This document shows, piece after piece, positions 1-8,524 of a DNA stretch of 32,000 nt. Source of the DNA: Candidatus Saccharimonadota bacterium (lineage in GTDB: Bacteria > Patescibacteriota > Microgenomatia > UBA1406 > GWC2-37-13); the NCBI GenBank assembly GCA_001790095.1, contig MGBH01000001.1, positions 990,001 through 1,022,000 on the forward strand, given 5' to 3'. Made by a program: the position numbers and the translations under genes. Numbering within the stretch: the stretch's first letter is position 1; each line of letters begins with the position of its first letter. The notes under the pieces are model-generated. The model did not search any database, had not been told where the DNA came from, and worked only from the letters and a program-made list of their open reading frames with translations.

Positions 1-589
1 TGGCTGCGTCAATTGCATAATGACAATTCTGTTTTTCTGATTCAACTATCTTTGACACCACATCTTTCCCTACAGCCTTTGTATCTAATAACTTATCTCC
101 TTGAAACCCCTTAGGAAAAAGATGTTCTATCACATGTCCTGCTGCTTGAGGAATCAGTTTATCAGAATAAGAGTCTGAATATCCATGTCCGGCAGCTCCA
201 AATAGTGCTTGAAGGTAAGTTATTTCTACTGGGGGAGGTGACCATCCGATTTTCCACCCATATTTATCCAAGGCAGGAATTGCGGAGATAAAGTTTCTTG
301 AGAGATAAGGTAGTTCTGTCTCCTTCTTCGTTGCATATACTTGAAGTTTTGCCAACCATTGCTCTTGTGACAGAGAGGTTTTACTTGTCTCTGCGTCACC
401 TACTCGTTGATTTGCTGGATTGTCCTCTGGCATATACTGCCACCCATGCAGTTCTCTACTTAATGAAGGAGGAATATTTACTTCAAGACCTAGATGCAAT
501 CTACGCTGAGTCTCTATTTTCAAAGCTTGAGGACCCATCTGAGATCGATCTACTAGATTAGAAGGAGAAACTTCGTTTTGAACAGTCAT
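1..589 (-). CDS. hypothetical protein, 5' part only (gene runs off the left edge of the window)
   Basis: Manual reverse-complement translation from ATG at 589..587 stays open down to position 2 (196 codons): MTVQNEVSPSNLVDRSQMGPQALKIETQRRLHLGLEVNIPPSLSRELHGWQYMPEDNPANQ...FGAAGHGYSDSYSDKLIPQAAGHVIEHLFPKGFQGDKLLDTKAVGKDV... It is absent from the ORF track, probably because no stop lies inside the window. It is longer than the opposing 298..561 ORF. No family recognised. Confidence 0.5.
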   Translation of the reverse strand, partial: MTVQNEVSPSNLVDRSQMGPQALKIETQRRLHLGLEVNIPPSLSRELHGWQYMPEDNPANQRVGDAETSKTSLSQEQWLAKLQVYATKKETELPYLSRNFISAIPALDKYGWKIGWSPPPVEITYLQALFGAAGHGYSDSYSDKLIPQAAGHVIEHLFPKGFQGDKLLDTKAVGKDVVSKIVESEKQNCHYAIDAA

Positions 590-663
590 ATTGTTTCACT
601 AATAGTATTACAAAAGTTTAAAACCGTCAAGTTACCAAGTTATATACTAGATATATTCATATT

Positions 664-2853
664 TTGTACAATATCTCTATGTTTAAAAAGTTCCCCCTTA
701 TTTTTTTGTGTGTACTTCTCTTTTATACCCGCTTTGTTGGTCTAGACTGGGGGTTGCCATACCCTATGCATCCTGATGAACGCAATATGGCCGTCGCAGT
801 TCAGCAACTTACCTGTAAAGGGTTGGGGCCAATCGCCTATCTCCAACCGCTAACCGAATGTCTGAATCCTCACTTTTTTGCGTATGGACAGTTTCCGATC
901 TATCTTGCATATTTTGGCATACTCATATTCCATTTTTTGCAAGGCATAAAAGCTCCTCCTGGTTTTATTGAGGCTACGATGGCTTTGCGAACAATCTCGG
1001 CATTAGCCTCAGTAGCAAATGCTTTTGTATTGTTTCGTATCATCGAATTTTCAATTTTAGATTTTCAATTTTCAAACAAATCTCATTCTAAAAATTCAAA
1101 AAATAAAAAATTGAATGAAAATTGGTTATTGAAAATTGGTTCATTCCTGGTCTTGATATTCTCTCCTTACTTCATCCAATTCTCCCATTTTGGTACCACC
1201 GAGTCACTTCTTATGCTCTTTTATTCTTTCATCATTTACGAATGCATCAAGCTCATTCAGAACAAAAACCTAAACACTAACTACTATCTACTAGCTACTA
1301 TTTCAGGAATTGCAATCGCCACAAAAGTTTCCTCCGTACTGTTTTTAGCCGTACCTGTCGTGTTTATAGGTATAAAAACAGGTTTGAGAAGTCTAACTGT
1401 ACTCTTTACTCTTTCCCGCTTTATTCTTCTTACCATGCTCGTCTCTATCATCTTTTCTCCCCACAACATCATCTCCCTTGAAGAGTTTGCGGGCTCGATG
1501 AACTATGAATCAGCGGTGGCAATCGGAAGCTATGTTGCCTTTTACACCAAACAGTTTGTCAATGCTCCCCCCCTTATATTTCAACTGACTAAGATTTTCC
1601 CTTTTGTATTGGGTTGGCCTCAATTTATATTGTCTGTCCTTGGTCTTCTTGTCTTATCATGGAGAGATAAAAGGATAAACGTGCTTCGATTTGCTTTTAT
1701 CGTTTTTTTTCTTCCGAATGCGTTTGTATTTGCAAAATGGACACGATTTATGACGCCTATTTTCCCGATTTTAAGCTTATTTACAATTCTCACACTTTGC
1801 AAACTTCTTAAAGTTTTCCAAAACAAATTCTCAATTATCAATGATCAATTTTCAATCATTTATCGAAAACTGAAAATTGAACGTTGGAGGTGTATTGAAA
1901 ATTGGAAATTGAAAATTGATCATTCTATAGTTTTTATATTAATCACTATAGTAATTCTCCCCGGTATCGCATACCTTTCTATCTACCAAACACCTGATGT
2001 CCGTTTTAGGGCTTCGAAGTGGATCTATAAATATATCTCCCCGGGCTCAAAGATCCTTTCTGAGACAGCCAACGTGATAGATATCCCCATTCCTCCACCA
2101 AACTACCACCCGCCAATTGCTAACTACCAAATCGTATCTTTTGATTTCTACAATCTTGACCAGAATCCAACCCTCCCTCCTCAACTAAACCAGTTTGTTA
2201 AAACCGCTGATTATATTTTTATTCCATCCAGACGCATATTTGCAAATCATCCCAAACTTCAGTATCCCCTCCTCAACAAGTATTACCAAGATCTGTATTC
2301 GGGAGGCCTGGGATATGAAAAAGTAGCAGAGTTCACCTCTTACCCAAAGATCAGCCTGTTTGGAAAGACTATCCTTGAACTGCCGGATGAGGGAGCTGAG
2401 GAAACATGGAGTGTGTTTGATCACCCGGTCATCAGAATATATAAAAAAGTTTCAAATTCCAAATTACAAATCACAAATGACAAACAAATTACAAATAACA
2501 AAATTCAAAACCCTCAACTGGATTTTTCAAACTACCAAACTACTAACTACCAACTACAGACTACTAATTACCACCTTCTTATCGCCGATACTCCCCAAAA
2601 GTGGGAAAAGGGCCTTATGTATGTACAAAACAGAGAAGATATTGGAGGATATGATGGTATGATATTTATGTTTCCGGATAGCAAAAAAAGATCTTTTTGG
2701 AATAAAAATACGTTTATTGATCTTGATATATATTGGATGAATGATGATAAAATCGCGGGAACAACCATGCTCCCCTCTATCGAAAAATCAAAAGATACGA
2801 TCATCACAACTTCGTCATCTGAAGTCAATGCGGTGATTGAGATTATCCAATAA
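664..2853 (+). CDS. GT-C fold (PMT/ArnT-like, GT39/83-type) lipid-carrier-dependent membrane glycosyltransferase fused to a C-terminal DUF192 domain
   Basis: 729-aa track ORF. The track start is TTG at 664. The first ATG is at 679 (MFKKFPLIFL...), preceded by TACAAT at 667-672. There are many hydrophobic segments, and the first loop 'GLDWGLPYPMHPDE' is typical of PMT/ArnT-like GT-C enzymes. The last ~95 aa ('ADTPQKWEKGLMYV..GMIFMF..SFWNKNTFIDLDIYWMNDD') follow the DUF192/COG1430 signature (A-x-T..GLM, GMLF, FWMKNT..PLDI). Three low-complexity segments are encoded by repeat DNA (see repeat features). Confidence 0.7.
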   Translation: MYNISMFKKFPLIFLCVLLFYTRFVGLDWGLPYPMHPDERNMAVAVQQLTCKGLGPIAYLQPLTECLNPHFFAYGQFPIYLAYFGILIFHFLQGIKAPPGFIEATMALRTISALASVANAFVLFRIIEFSILDFQFSNKSHSKNSKNKKLNENWLLKIGSFLVLIFSPYFIQFSHFGTTESLLMLFYSFIIYECIKLIQNKNLNTNYYLLATISGIAIATKVSSVLFLAVPVVFIGIKTGLRSLTVLFTLSRFILLTMLVSIIFSPHNIISLEEFAGSMNYESAVAIGSYVAFYTKQFVNAPPLIFQLTKIFPFVLGWPQFILSVLGLLVLSWRDKRINVLRFAFIVFFLPNAFVFAKWTRFMTPIFPILSLFTILTLCKLLKVFQNKFSIINDQFSIIYRKLKIERWRCIENWKLKIDHSIVFILITIVILPGIAYLSIYQTPDVRFRASKWIYKYISPGSKILSETANVIDIPIPPPNYHPPIANYQIVSFDFYNLDQNPTLPPQLNQFVKTADYIFIPSRRIFANHPKLQYPLLNKYYQDLYSGGLGYEKVAEFTSYPKISLFGKTILELPDEGAEETWSVFDHPVIRIYKKVSNSKLQITNDKQITNNKIQNPQLDFSNYQTTNYQLQTTNYHLLIADTPQKWEKGLMYVQNREDIGGYDGMIFMFPDSKKRSFWNKNTFIDLDIYWMNDDKIAGTTMLPSIEKSKDTIITTSSSEVNAVIEIIQ
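1045..1142. repeat. in-frame imperfect palindromic element built from CAATTTT/AAAATTG heptamers (insertion 1 in the GT-C gene)
   Basis: Left arm is gaattttcaattttagattttcaattttcaaac. The reverse complement of the right arm is gaaccaattttcaataaccaattttcattcaa, which shares AATTTTCAAT and ATTTTCA blocks with the left arm. Translated as SILDFQFSNKSHSKNSKNKKLNENWLLKIG between two hydrophobic segments. Confidence 0.7.
1839..1925. repeat. in-frame palindromic element (insertion 2 in the GT-C gene)
   Basis: Perfect 17-nt inverted repeat: aatgatcaattttcaat (1840-1856) and attgaaaattgatcatt (1908-1924). The spacer is rich in gaaaatt units. Translated as FSIINDQFSIIYRKLKIERWRCIENWKLKIDHS between hydrophobic segments. 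Confidence 0.75.
2449..2575. repeat. in-frame heptamer tandem-repeat block (CAAATNA units, then AACTAC-type units) linking the GT-C body to the DUF192 domain
   Basis: caaattc caaatta caaatca caaatga ... caaataa, followed by actaccaaactactaactaccaactacagactactaattacc. Translated as SNSKLQITNDKQITNNKIQNPQLDFSNYQTTNYQLQTTNYHL. Same unit family as the intergenic hairpins at 8437-8509 and 11309-11410. Confidence 0.65.
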
Positions 2854-2859
2854 TAAACA

Positions 2860-4080
2860 CTATTTTAACCAACCTGTTCCATTATTTACTCTCTCATGAG
2901 CTCTTGATTTCATAGGGTGTGGCTTACTTATTCCTTTATTTGATCCTTTCGATGGGTTAAATTTTGCTTTTTGTTTTCTTTTTGGAAATGATGCTTCAAG
3001 TTCTGTTGGATCTATAATCAATCCGACTCTTCCAGCTAAAAACGACATCCATGTTGCTTCAGGTGAGGGACGTTTTTTTTGCATCATTCTTGCAAATGAT
3101 TCTTTCTGAACGTCTCTGGCGCTCATCATAGCCGCTTCTGATACTCCATATTCTTCTAAAAGATCCACAAACTGATTCTCTTTTGGAGAATAATCCGCTC
3201 CTTGATCGCGATTGTGTCTTATGGTATCAAGTGCATCTTCATATGGCACTGTTCCACTATTTACAGCATCAATAAGAGGATAATAATACATGTAGGCAGA
3301 TATATTATGTGCACTATCATTCTGTCCTGTTATCTTTTGCATAAATCCAAGTAAATCTGAATTTTGATGCATAACAATTAACTCATCCATTGATATTCCG
3401 TACTCTTCAGCAAGAGCGATCATTAAATATCCTCCTTGTCCATATGACGTACGTCTGCGCACACCTAATTGTTGACCTTTATAAAGTTCTACAGCATCGG
3501 CAAGTGCTTCGCCATAGGCAGGAAGTGCCTCTCTTCCCTCCTCAGCTAGTGAAGGTACAACCATTGAAAATCCATCATAGAAAACCTCATCTTCTTCTGG
3601 CACACCAATTGAAGCAAGAACCTCTGGAGGAACAGGTGCTCGTGTAACATTTAAATGAGTAGCTTCATGATCTATTGCTCCTTGAGTAAGTTCTGCCCTT
3701 GCGGGTCCTCCATAGATAGTGGTTCTATGCTCATTAGTTGAATAATCATACTCCGTAGTCATTGAATACTTCCCCAGAGGATCTGGCTGCATATTTAGGT
3801 CTGTCCTACTTACAAGATCATCCGGATTACAGTTACCAGCTAAACCAGAACAATATGCTCCATAGACCAAAGCAAGCGCTTCCCTCATATCTACTCCCTC
3901 AGGAAAAACTGGCGCCTCAATACTTTCCGGGAGTCTTTGTATTTGCTCAACCTGAGAAGGTTGACCTGCACACCCAACCAACAAATAGTTTAAAACCATA
4001 AAGAATAACACATGGTTCAAAGATGGGTGGTGATGTTTTCTGCCCTGCTTTTCTACATATGAAGTATGTATTTCTTTCAT
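2860..4080 (-). CDS. putative lipoprotein with an HExxH zinc-metallopeptidase motif
   Basis: 406 aa. N-terminal hydrophobic segment ending in the lipobox-like 'LLVGC'. Single 'HEATH' (HExxH) motif in 'GAIDHEATHLNV'. No specific peptidase family recognised. Confidence 0.45.
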   Translation of the reverse strand: MKEIHTSYVEKQGRKHHHPSLNHVLFFMVLNYLLVGCAGQPSQVEQIQRLPESIEAPVFPEGVDMREALALVYGAYCSGLAGNCNPDDLVSRTDLNMQPDPLGKYSMTTEYDYSTNEHRTTIYGGPARAELTQGAIDHEATHLNVTRAPVPPEVLASIGVPEEDEVFYDGFSMVVPSLAEEGREALPAYGEALADAVELYKGQQLGVRRRTSYGQGGYLMIALAEEYGISMDELIVMHQNSDLLGFMQKITGQNDSAHNISAYMYYYPLIDAVNSGTVPYEDALDTIRHNRDQGADYSPKENQFVDLLEEYGVSEAAMMSARDVQKESFARMMQKKRPSPEATWMSFLAGRVGLIIDPTELEASFPKRKQKAKFNPSKGSNKGISKPHPMKSRAHERVNNGTGWLK

Positions 4081-4140
4081 GCAAGATAGTATACTATACT
4101 ATCTTATAGTATACAAGCTTATTATACTAATTACTCTTCC
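4081..4140 (-). promoter_or_regulatory. promoter/operator-like region upstream of the HExxH lipoprotein gene
   Basis: On the minus strand, TATACT (4093..4088) lies 7 nt before ATG 4080, and a further TATAAT lies upstream. The region consists of repeated tagtatac/tatact words, including the inverted repeat gatagta-tacta-tactatc (4085-4103). Confidence 0.3.
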
Positions 4141-5007
4141 TTAATTATCTATACCGCAGTACCATTGTATATCTTTTAGATTTAGCCCTGAACCCTTATA
4201 CTCATAATTACCACATGTTTTACAACGCTTGTTTTGATCATTGCACGCATCAAAACAATCAGGAACAGAACTATAAAACACTTTTGCATCTACCTTTTCA
4301 CAAGCGTGAAGATTCATCTCGCAGGGTTTATTGCAGCAAACAGTGTCCCTATATCCATATCCATTTTGATTTACATACTGCTGCATTTCTGAAGAAACTG
4401 ACCGATTCTGATGCAATGCATCTATTTGTTCCATTGTTGATATCTTAAAATAAGCCGGTGAGAGTTCATCGCACATATTAAACACGCCTCCGGAAAGCCA
4501 ATTGCCATTACACAAAGATCCTTTATTTTGATTGCACCAAGTAGCAAGATTCAATACCGGTTCTTTTTTGAATACTGTTGATTCCCCAAGTCGACACACA
4601 CCTTTAAATATTTCTGTTGCTCTTCCGGTTGTATTTACTTTTGGAAATGACACTACAAAACAAGGATAATCGATCCCTTCTTTACACGAGGTTAAAGAGT
4701 CAGTAATTCTTGGAGTTACGTTTTCATAATAATAATCCCCGTCATTATCTCCTGGTTTAAAGAATGTTTGGCCCCAGCAATCTTCCTTTTTTTGAATATA
4801 TACACTAAATCTGTCTGTTGTTTCGATGTACTGATCAAGATCTTTTGCAAATATTTTTGTAAAAAAAACGGGGTTAGAAGAAGCTTTGGGATTAGATGAT
4901 ATGTTCTTTATTTTACCTAAAGAGAGGCTTACCCACAAAACGATCGCCAAGATAAGACCGATAGATAAAAAAGTGAGATATTGTTTTGAAAAACATAGTT
5001 TATTCAT
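4141..5007 (-). CDS. secreted or membrane-anchored cysteine-rich protein, unknown function
   Basis: 288 aa. N-terminal hydrophobic anchor 'LTFLSIGLILAIVLWVSLSL'. Many Cys, clustered in the C-terminal third (TVCCNKPCEMNLHACEK..DCFDACNDQNKRCKTCGNYEY..WYCGIDN). No family recognised. Confidence 0.5.
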   Translation of the reverse strand: MNKLCFSKQYLTFLSIGLILAIVLWVSLSLGKIKNISSNPKASSNPVFFTKIFAKDLDQYIETTDRFSVYIQKKEDCWGQTFFKPGDNDGDYYYENVTPRITDSLTSCKEGIDYPCFVVSFPKVNTTGRATEIFKGVCRLGESTVFKKEPVLNLATWCNQNKGSLCNGNWLSGGVFNMCDELSPAYFKISTMEQIDALHQNRSVSSEMQQYVNQNGYGYRDTVCCNKPCEMNLHACEKVDAKVFYSSVPDCFDACNDQNKRCKTCGNYEYKGSGLNLKDIQWYCGIDN

Positions 5008-5058
5008 ATAAATTCATGATATAGACAAAGCAGTGCTTTTACAAGATCTATCTCTGTT

Positions 5059-6108
5059 TTATTTTTTAACTATTTTAAATACTGTTGGTGGATAGATAGA
5101 TAAGTCTTCAAGGATTATCCTCCCTTTTTGAGTAGGTTTGTTCAGATTCCAATCATAAATTCCAAGCTCACCCTCATCATCTATCGTATACGCACTGTAA
5201 TGAAGCTTGTCTTTATTAACAAGACCAATGATTTTGGCGATATAATCAGTATCTTCTTTTGATCCGAAATCTTCTCTATATACTCCTCCAAACTCACCAA
5301 CCAGTACTGGACAATCGTACATCACCTTCTCCCACAAAACCCCATATACAAGATGACCACTACTATCTTGAGCTTCCTGAGCATTCATCCAAGGATAATC
5401 ATGGAAATCACATATCACATTATCAATGGAAAGTGGATTCTTTTCATCGAAAATACGACCATACTGAACGCCTGTCATGAGTATAATGGCATTGGGGTTA
5501 TGTGCTCGAACATATGCTGAGGTTGATCGTGCAACCTTTTCCCATACAACCCATGGAATATCGCGCGGCTCAGCCCATAATCCATACATAATATGCTGTT
5601 CTGCCTTATACCTCTTTGCAACATGTTCCAACATCTGGGGAAACCGTGCCACTTGCGTTAAGCCATCATGAGAGGTGTCTTTAACATTTATCGCCGGCAT
5701 TACATAGAGATATATACTATTTTGTCTTGACCAAGCCACAATCTCATCTAATAAAGCATCTTTGCCTTGTGTCTGGTAGGGGTTTATATATATACCCAGA
5801 AGATTTATGTTCCACTCCTTCACCCTATCCAAACGTTTCATGAACTTATTTTTTGAAGTAAGCCCATTGGTCAATATCATACTTGTAACTCCTTTTAGTT
5901 GGACTATTTCGTCTGTGTCTTTTCTACGTATCTTATTTCCTTTTACATACAAAAGTGGGGGTCTATCTAGGACTGAAGGGGAAATTGTTTTTGCTTTTTT
6001 TATTGATGGGAGAGGTTTTTGAACACTTTTTACCCGCATAAAAAAAAAGGAAAGTGCGACCAATAAAATAAGAAGAGTAAAGAAAAAAACTTTTTTCGTC
6101 ATAACCAT
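5059..6108 (-). CDS. secreted glycoside hydrolase, GH5 (cellulase-family)-like
   Basis: 349 aa with an N-terminal signal/anchor. Motifs are placed as in GH5: 'YGLWAEPRD' (acid/base Glu of the N-E-P motif, with Asn replaced by Ala), 'CDFHDYPW' (H-x-Y), and 'PVLVGEFGG' (nucleophile Glu in the GEFG motif). Confidence 0.55.
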   Translation of the reverse strand: MVMTKKVFFFTLLILLVALSFFFMRVKSVQKPLPSIKKAKTISPSVLDRPPLLYVKGNKIRRKDTDEIVQLKGVTSMILTNGLTSKNKFMKRLDRVKEWNINLLGIYINPYQTQGKDALLDEIVAWSRQNSIYLYVMPAINVKDTSHDGLTQVARFPQMLEHVAKRYKAEQHIMYGLWAEPRDIPWVVWEKVARSTSAYVRAHNPNAIILMTGVQYGRIFDEKNPLSIDNVICDFHDYPWMNAQEAQDSSGHLVYGVLWEKVMYDCPVLVGEFGGVYREDFGSKEDTDYIAKIIGLVNKDKLHYSAYTIDDEGELGIYDWNLNKPTQKGRIILEDLSIYPPTVFKIVKK

Positions 6109-6111
6109 ATA

Positions 6112-7275
6112 TTATCTCTTTAGAGCCTCTATCCCCGGCAGCGTGCCTTTTTCAATAAATTCAAGCATCGCTCCTCCACCTGTTGAGATATGGGTTATCT
6201 TATCAAGATATTCCTTTTTTGAGATGGCAGCCAACGTATCTCCTCCCCCCACAACCGAAGTCACCCCTTCATTATTGGCAATTGAGTAATAAATGAAGTC
6301 TGTTCCCTGTCGAAATACGGGGTTTTCAAAATATCCTACAGGCCCATTCCAGATGATAGTCTTTGCTTTTGCCAAAATGCAGCCGATCTGAGCCTTTGTC
6401 TCAGGGCCTATATCAAAAATTGACTTGTTTTGAGGAATGCTATCTATCTTTACAACCTCACTTGTTTTACTGTCCTTATGTTCCCCCACCAATACATCCA
6501 CCGGAAGCAAGATGTGAGCCCTGTTTCCTTTAGCAAGAGCCAAAAGTTTTCTTGCCAGCTGCACTGATTCGTATTCGCAAAAGCTCGTCCCCACCTCTCG
6601 CCCCTGAGCGCATACAAAAGTATTTGCCAGTCCTCCCCCTATGATAAGGTAATCCACCATTTTTACCAGTTTATTTACTAAGCCTACTTTAGTAGATACT
6701 TTAGCTCCTCCGATGATCGCAACCATGGGCTTTTTCGGCTGTTTGATGACCTGACCCAACATATCTAACTCTTTTTTTAAAAGAAGCCCACCGTAACCCG
6801 GAATAAAATTGGGTGGCCCCACAACTGAGGTATCAGTCCGATGACACACCGCAAAAGCGTCATTCACGTACACATCGGCAAGGCCCGCAAGCTTTTTGGC
6901 AAATAAAGTCGAAAAGTCTTTTTCCTTAGGAAAAAAGCGGATGTTTTCAAGCATGTAGACTCCTTTTTCCTTAATAAAATCAGGAGTCTCAAAATGATCA
7001 ACAAGTGTCACTTTCTGACCCAGGTATTCCTGTAACCTTTTGGCAACTGGTTTGAGAGTATATTTTTTATCTATACCCTTTGGTCGTCCAAGGTGGGAGA
7101 TGAGAATAAGCGTATTATTATTTTCCAATAAACGATTGATAGTTGGAAGAGACTGACGGATACGGGCATCATCAGCTATAGTAGCATTGGGATTGAGTGA
7201 TACGTTGAAGTCAACCCGTAATAAAACACGTTTGTTTTTTATCTCAACCTCATCGATATATTGGATTGCTTTCAT
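6112..7275 (-). CDS. pgk: phosphoglycerate kinase
   Basis: 387 aa. 'LLRVDFNV', 'IIGGAKVSTKV', 'HISTGGGAMLEF' and overall PGK colinearity. Confidence 0.95.
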   Translation of the reverse strand: MKAIQYIDEVEIKNKRVLLRVDFNVSLNPNATIADDARIRQSLPTINRLLENNNTLILISHLGRPKGIDKKYTLKPVAKRLQEYLGQKVTLVDHFETPDFIKEKGVYMLENIRFFPKEKDFSTLFAKKLAGLADVYVNDAFAVCHRTDTSVVGPPNFIPGYGGLLLKKELDMLGQVIKQPKKPMVAIIGGAKVSTKVGLVNKLVKMVDYLIIGGGLANTFVCAQGREVGTSFCEYESVQLARKLLALAKGNRAHILLPVDVLVGEHKDSKTSEVVKIDSIPQNKSIFDIGPETKAQIGCILAKAKTIIWNGPVGYFENPVFRQGTDFIYYSIANNEGVTSVVGGGDTLAAISKKEYLDKITHISTGGGAMLEFIEKGTLPGIEALKR

Positions 7276-7314
7276 AGTAATTTACTTCAAACTAATAAAT
7301 AAAGTGTTTCTGAT

Positions 7315-7397
7315 GTCATCCCCGTGAAGACGGGGATCCAGTCTATAAATACATTGGTTGACATTTTAGTCTAGATTCCGGCCTTCGCCGGAATGAC
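7315..7397 (+). repeat. 83-bp double-hairpin (MITE/REP-like) element, copy A
   Basis: gtcatccccgtgaagacggggatcc...attccggccttcgccggaatgac. Two GC-rich hairpins: atccccg/cggggat at 7318-7337 and attccggc/gccggaat at 7375-7394. The two ends are inverted copies of each other. The reverse complement matches 12194-12276 at 82 of 83 positions. Located between gap and pgk. Confidence 0.9.
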
Positions 7398-7405
7398 GCA
7401 TTTTT

Positions 7406-8419
7406 TTAACAAAAATCAGACACTCTTTCCACCAAATCAACAATTCTTGTGGCATAACCCCATTCATTGTCATACCATCCAAATATCTTGAGCAATTTTC
7501 CACCAATAACCTTTGTGTAATTGGAGTCAAATATACATGAGTGTGAATCACCAATAAAATCACTTGACACAAGCGGGGCGGTTTCATAAGACAAAATACC
7601 CTTCATTACACCTGCAGCATATGTTTTAAAAGCTGAGTTCACTTCTTCAGCCGTTACATCTTTTTTCATGACAGCTGAGATATCAGTGAATGAGACTGTT
7701 GGAGTAGGCACTCGCACAGCCATACCATCAAGTTTACCAGCAAGTTCTGGGATAACTTTGCCTACTGCTTTTGCCGCTCCGGTTGTGGATGGGCCTATGT
7801 TGAGAGCTGCAGCACGGGATCTGTCAGGTTTTTTATTTGCTTCATCCAAAAGAGACTGGGTTGCGGTGTAAGAATGTACGGTGGTTAGATATCCCATCTC
7901 AACGCCAAACTCCTTTTCAATTACTTTAAACATAGGAGCTGCACAGTTGGTCGTACAGGATGCGTTTGAGATCACTTGTTCACTCTTCCAATCGATCTTA
8001 TCATCGTTTACTCCCAAAACTACATGAGTCGTCTCTTTGTCCTTTGACGGAGCGGTCAGAAGCACTTTTTTCACCGTTCCTTTTATATGTTTCATCAGAT
8101 CCTCTTTTTTGGTGAAGGCGCCTGTTGCATCGATTACCACATCAACCCCCCTTGACTCCCATGGGATAGCGTCAATATCAGCGATCATTGAGGCAGGGAT
8201 CTTTGTTCCATCAATGGTTATGCCATCCTCAACCGCTTCAACTTTTTTCCCGAATCTTCTATACACTGAGTCGTATTGCAAAAGATATGCCAACATATCA
8301 GGAGAGGTTTTGCGGGTATTGATAGCTACGATATCAAACGTATTCCGCTCACTTACAATGCGGGTAACTGCTCTTCCTATTCTTCCGAAACCATTTAGTC
8401 CGACTTTAATTTTTTTCAT
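7406..8419 (-). CDS. gap: type I glyceraldehyde-3-phosphate dehydrogenase
   Basis: 337 aa. 'GLNGFGRIGR' NAD-binding motif and the 'SNASCTTNC' active-site motif. Confidence 0.95.
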   Translation of the reverse strand: MKKIKVGLNGFGRIGRAVTRIVSERNTFDIVAINTRKTSPDMLAYLLQYDSVYRRFGKKVEAVEDGITIDGTKIPASMIADIDAIPWESRGVDVVIDATGAFTKKEDLMKHIKGTVKKVLLTAPSKDKETTHVVLGVNDDKIDWKSEQVISNASCTTNCAAPMFKVIEKEFGVEMGYLTTVHSYTATQSLLDEANKKPDRSRAAALNIGPSTTGAAKAVGKVIPELAGKLDGMAVRVPTPTVSFTDISAVMKKDVTAEEVNSAFKTYAAGVMKGILSYETAPLVSSDFIGDSHSCIFDSNYTKVIGGKLLKIFGWYDNEWGYATRIVDLVERVSDFC

Positions 8420-8436
8420 AATAATGAATCAATCGC

Positions 8437-8509
8437 AAATGTCAAATCTCAAAACTCAAATCTTGTTATAGATTTACGATTTGAAATGTAGATTTGCCAT
8501 TTGACATTT
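8437..8509 (-). terminator. heptamer-repeat hairpin downstream of fbp (candidate terminator or RNA-stability element)
   Basis: Outer stem aaatgtcaaat (8437-8447) pairs with atttgacattt (8499-8509). Inner stem aaatct (8458-8463) pairs with agattt (8470-8475) around the loop tgttat. The arms are tandem CAAATNT heptamers. An A/T-rich stretch follows on the minus strand. Confidence 0.5.
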
Positions 8510-8524
8510 AAGATCTAAAATAAC

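Noticed and set aside
298-561. 87-aa plus-strand ORF from the track
   Set aside because: It lies entirely antisense to a longer open frame (589 down to the window edge, 196 codons without a stop) that has a cleaner composition. It is most likely a shadow ORF.
7366-7587. 73-aa minus-strand ORF spanning the end of gap and the 83-bp repeat
   Set aside because: It is in an alternative frame within gap, and its C-terminus is simply a translation of the GC-rich hairpin repeat.
8037-8471. 144-aa ORF antisense to gap. The same applies to 9514..9948 (antisense to fba), 7668..7871 (antisense to gap) and 8559..9293 (ORFs within the fbp region on both strands).
   Set aside because: They overlap genes with unambiguous enzyme motifs on the other strand, and their products are low-complexity and unrecognisable.
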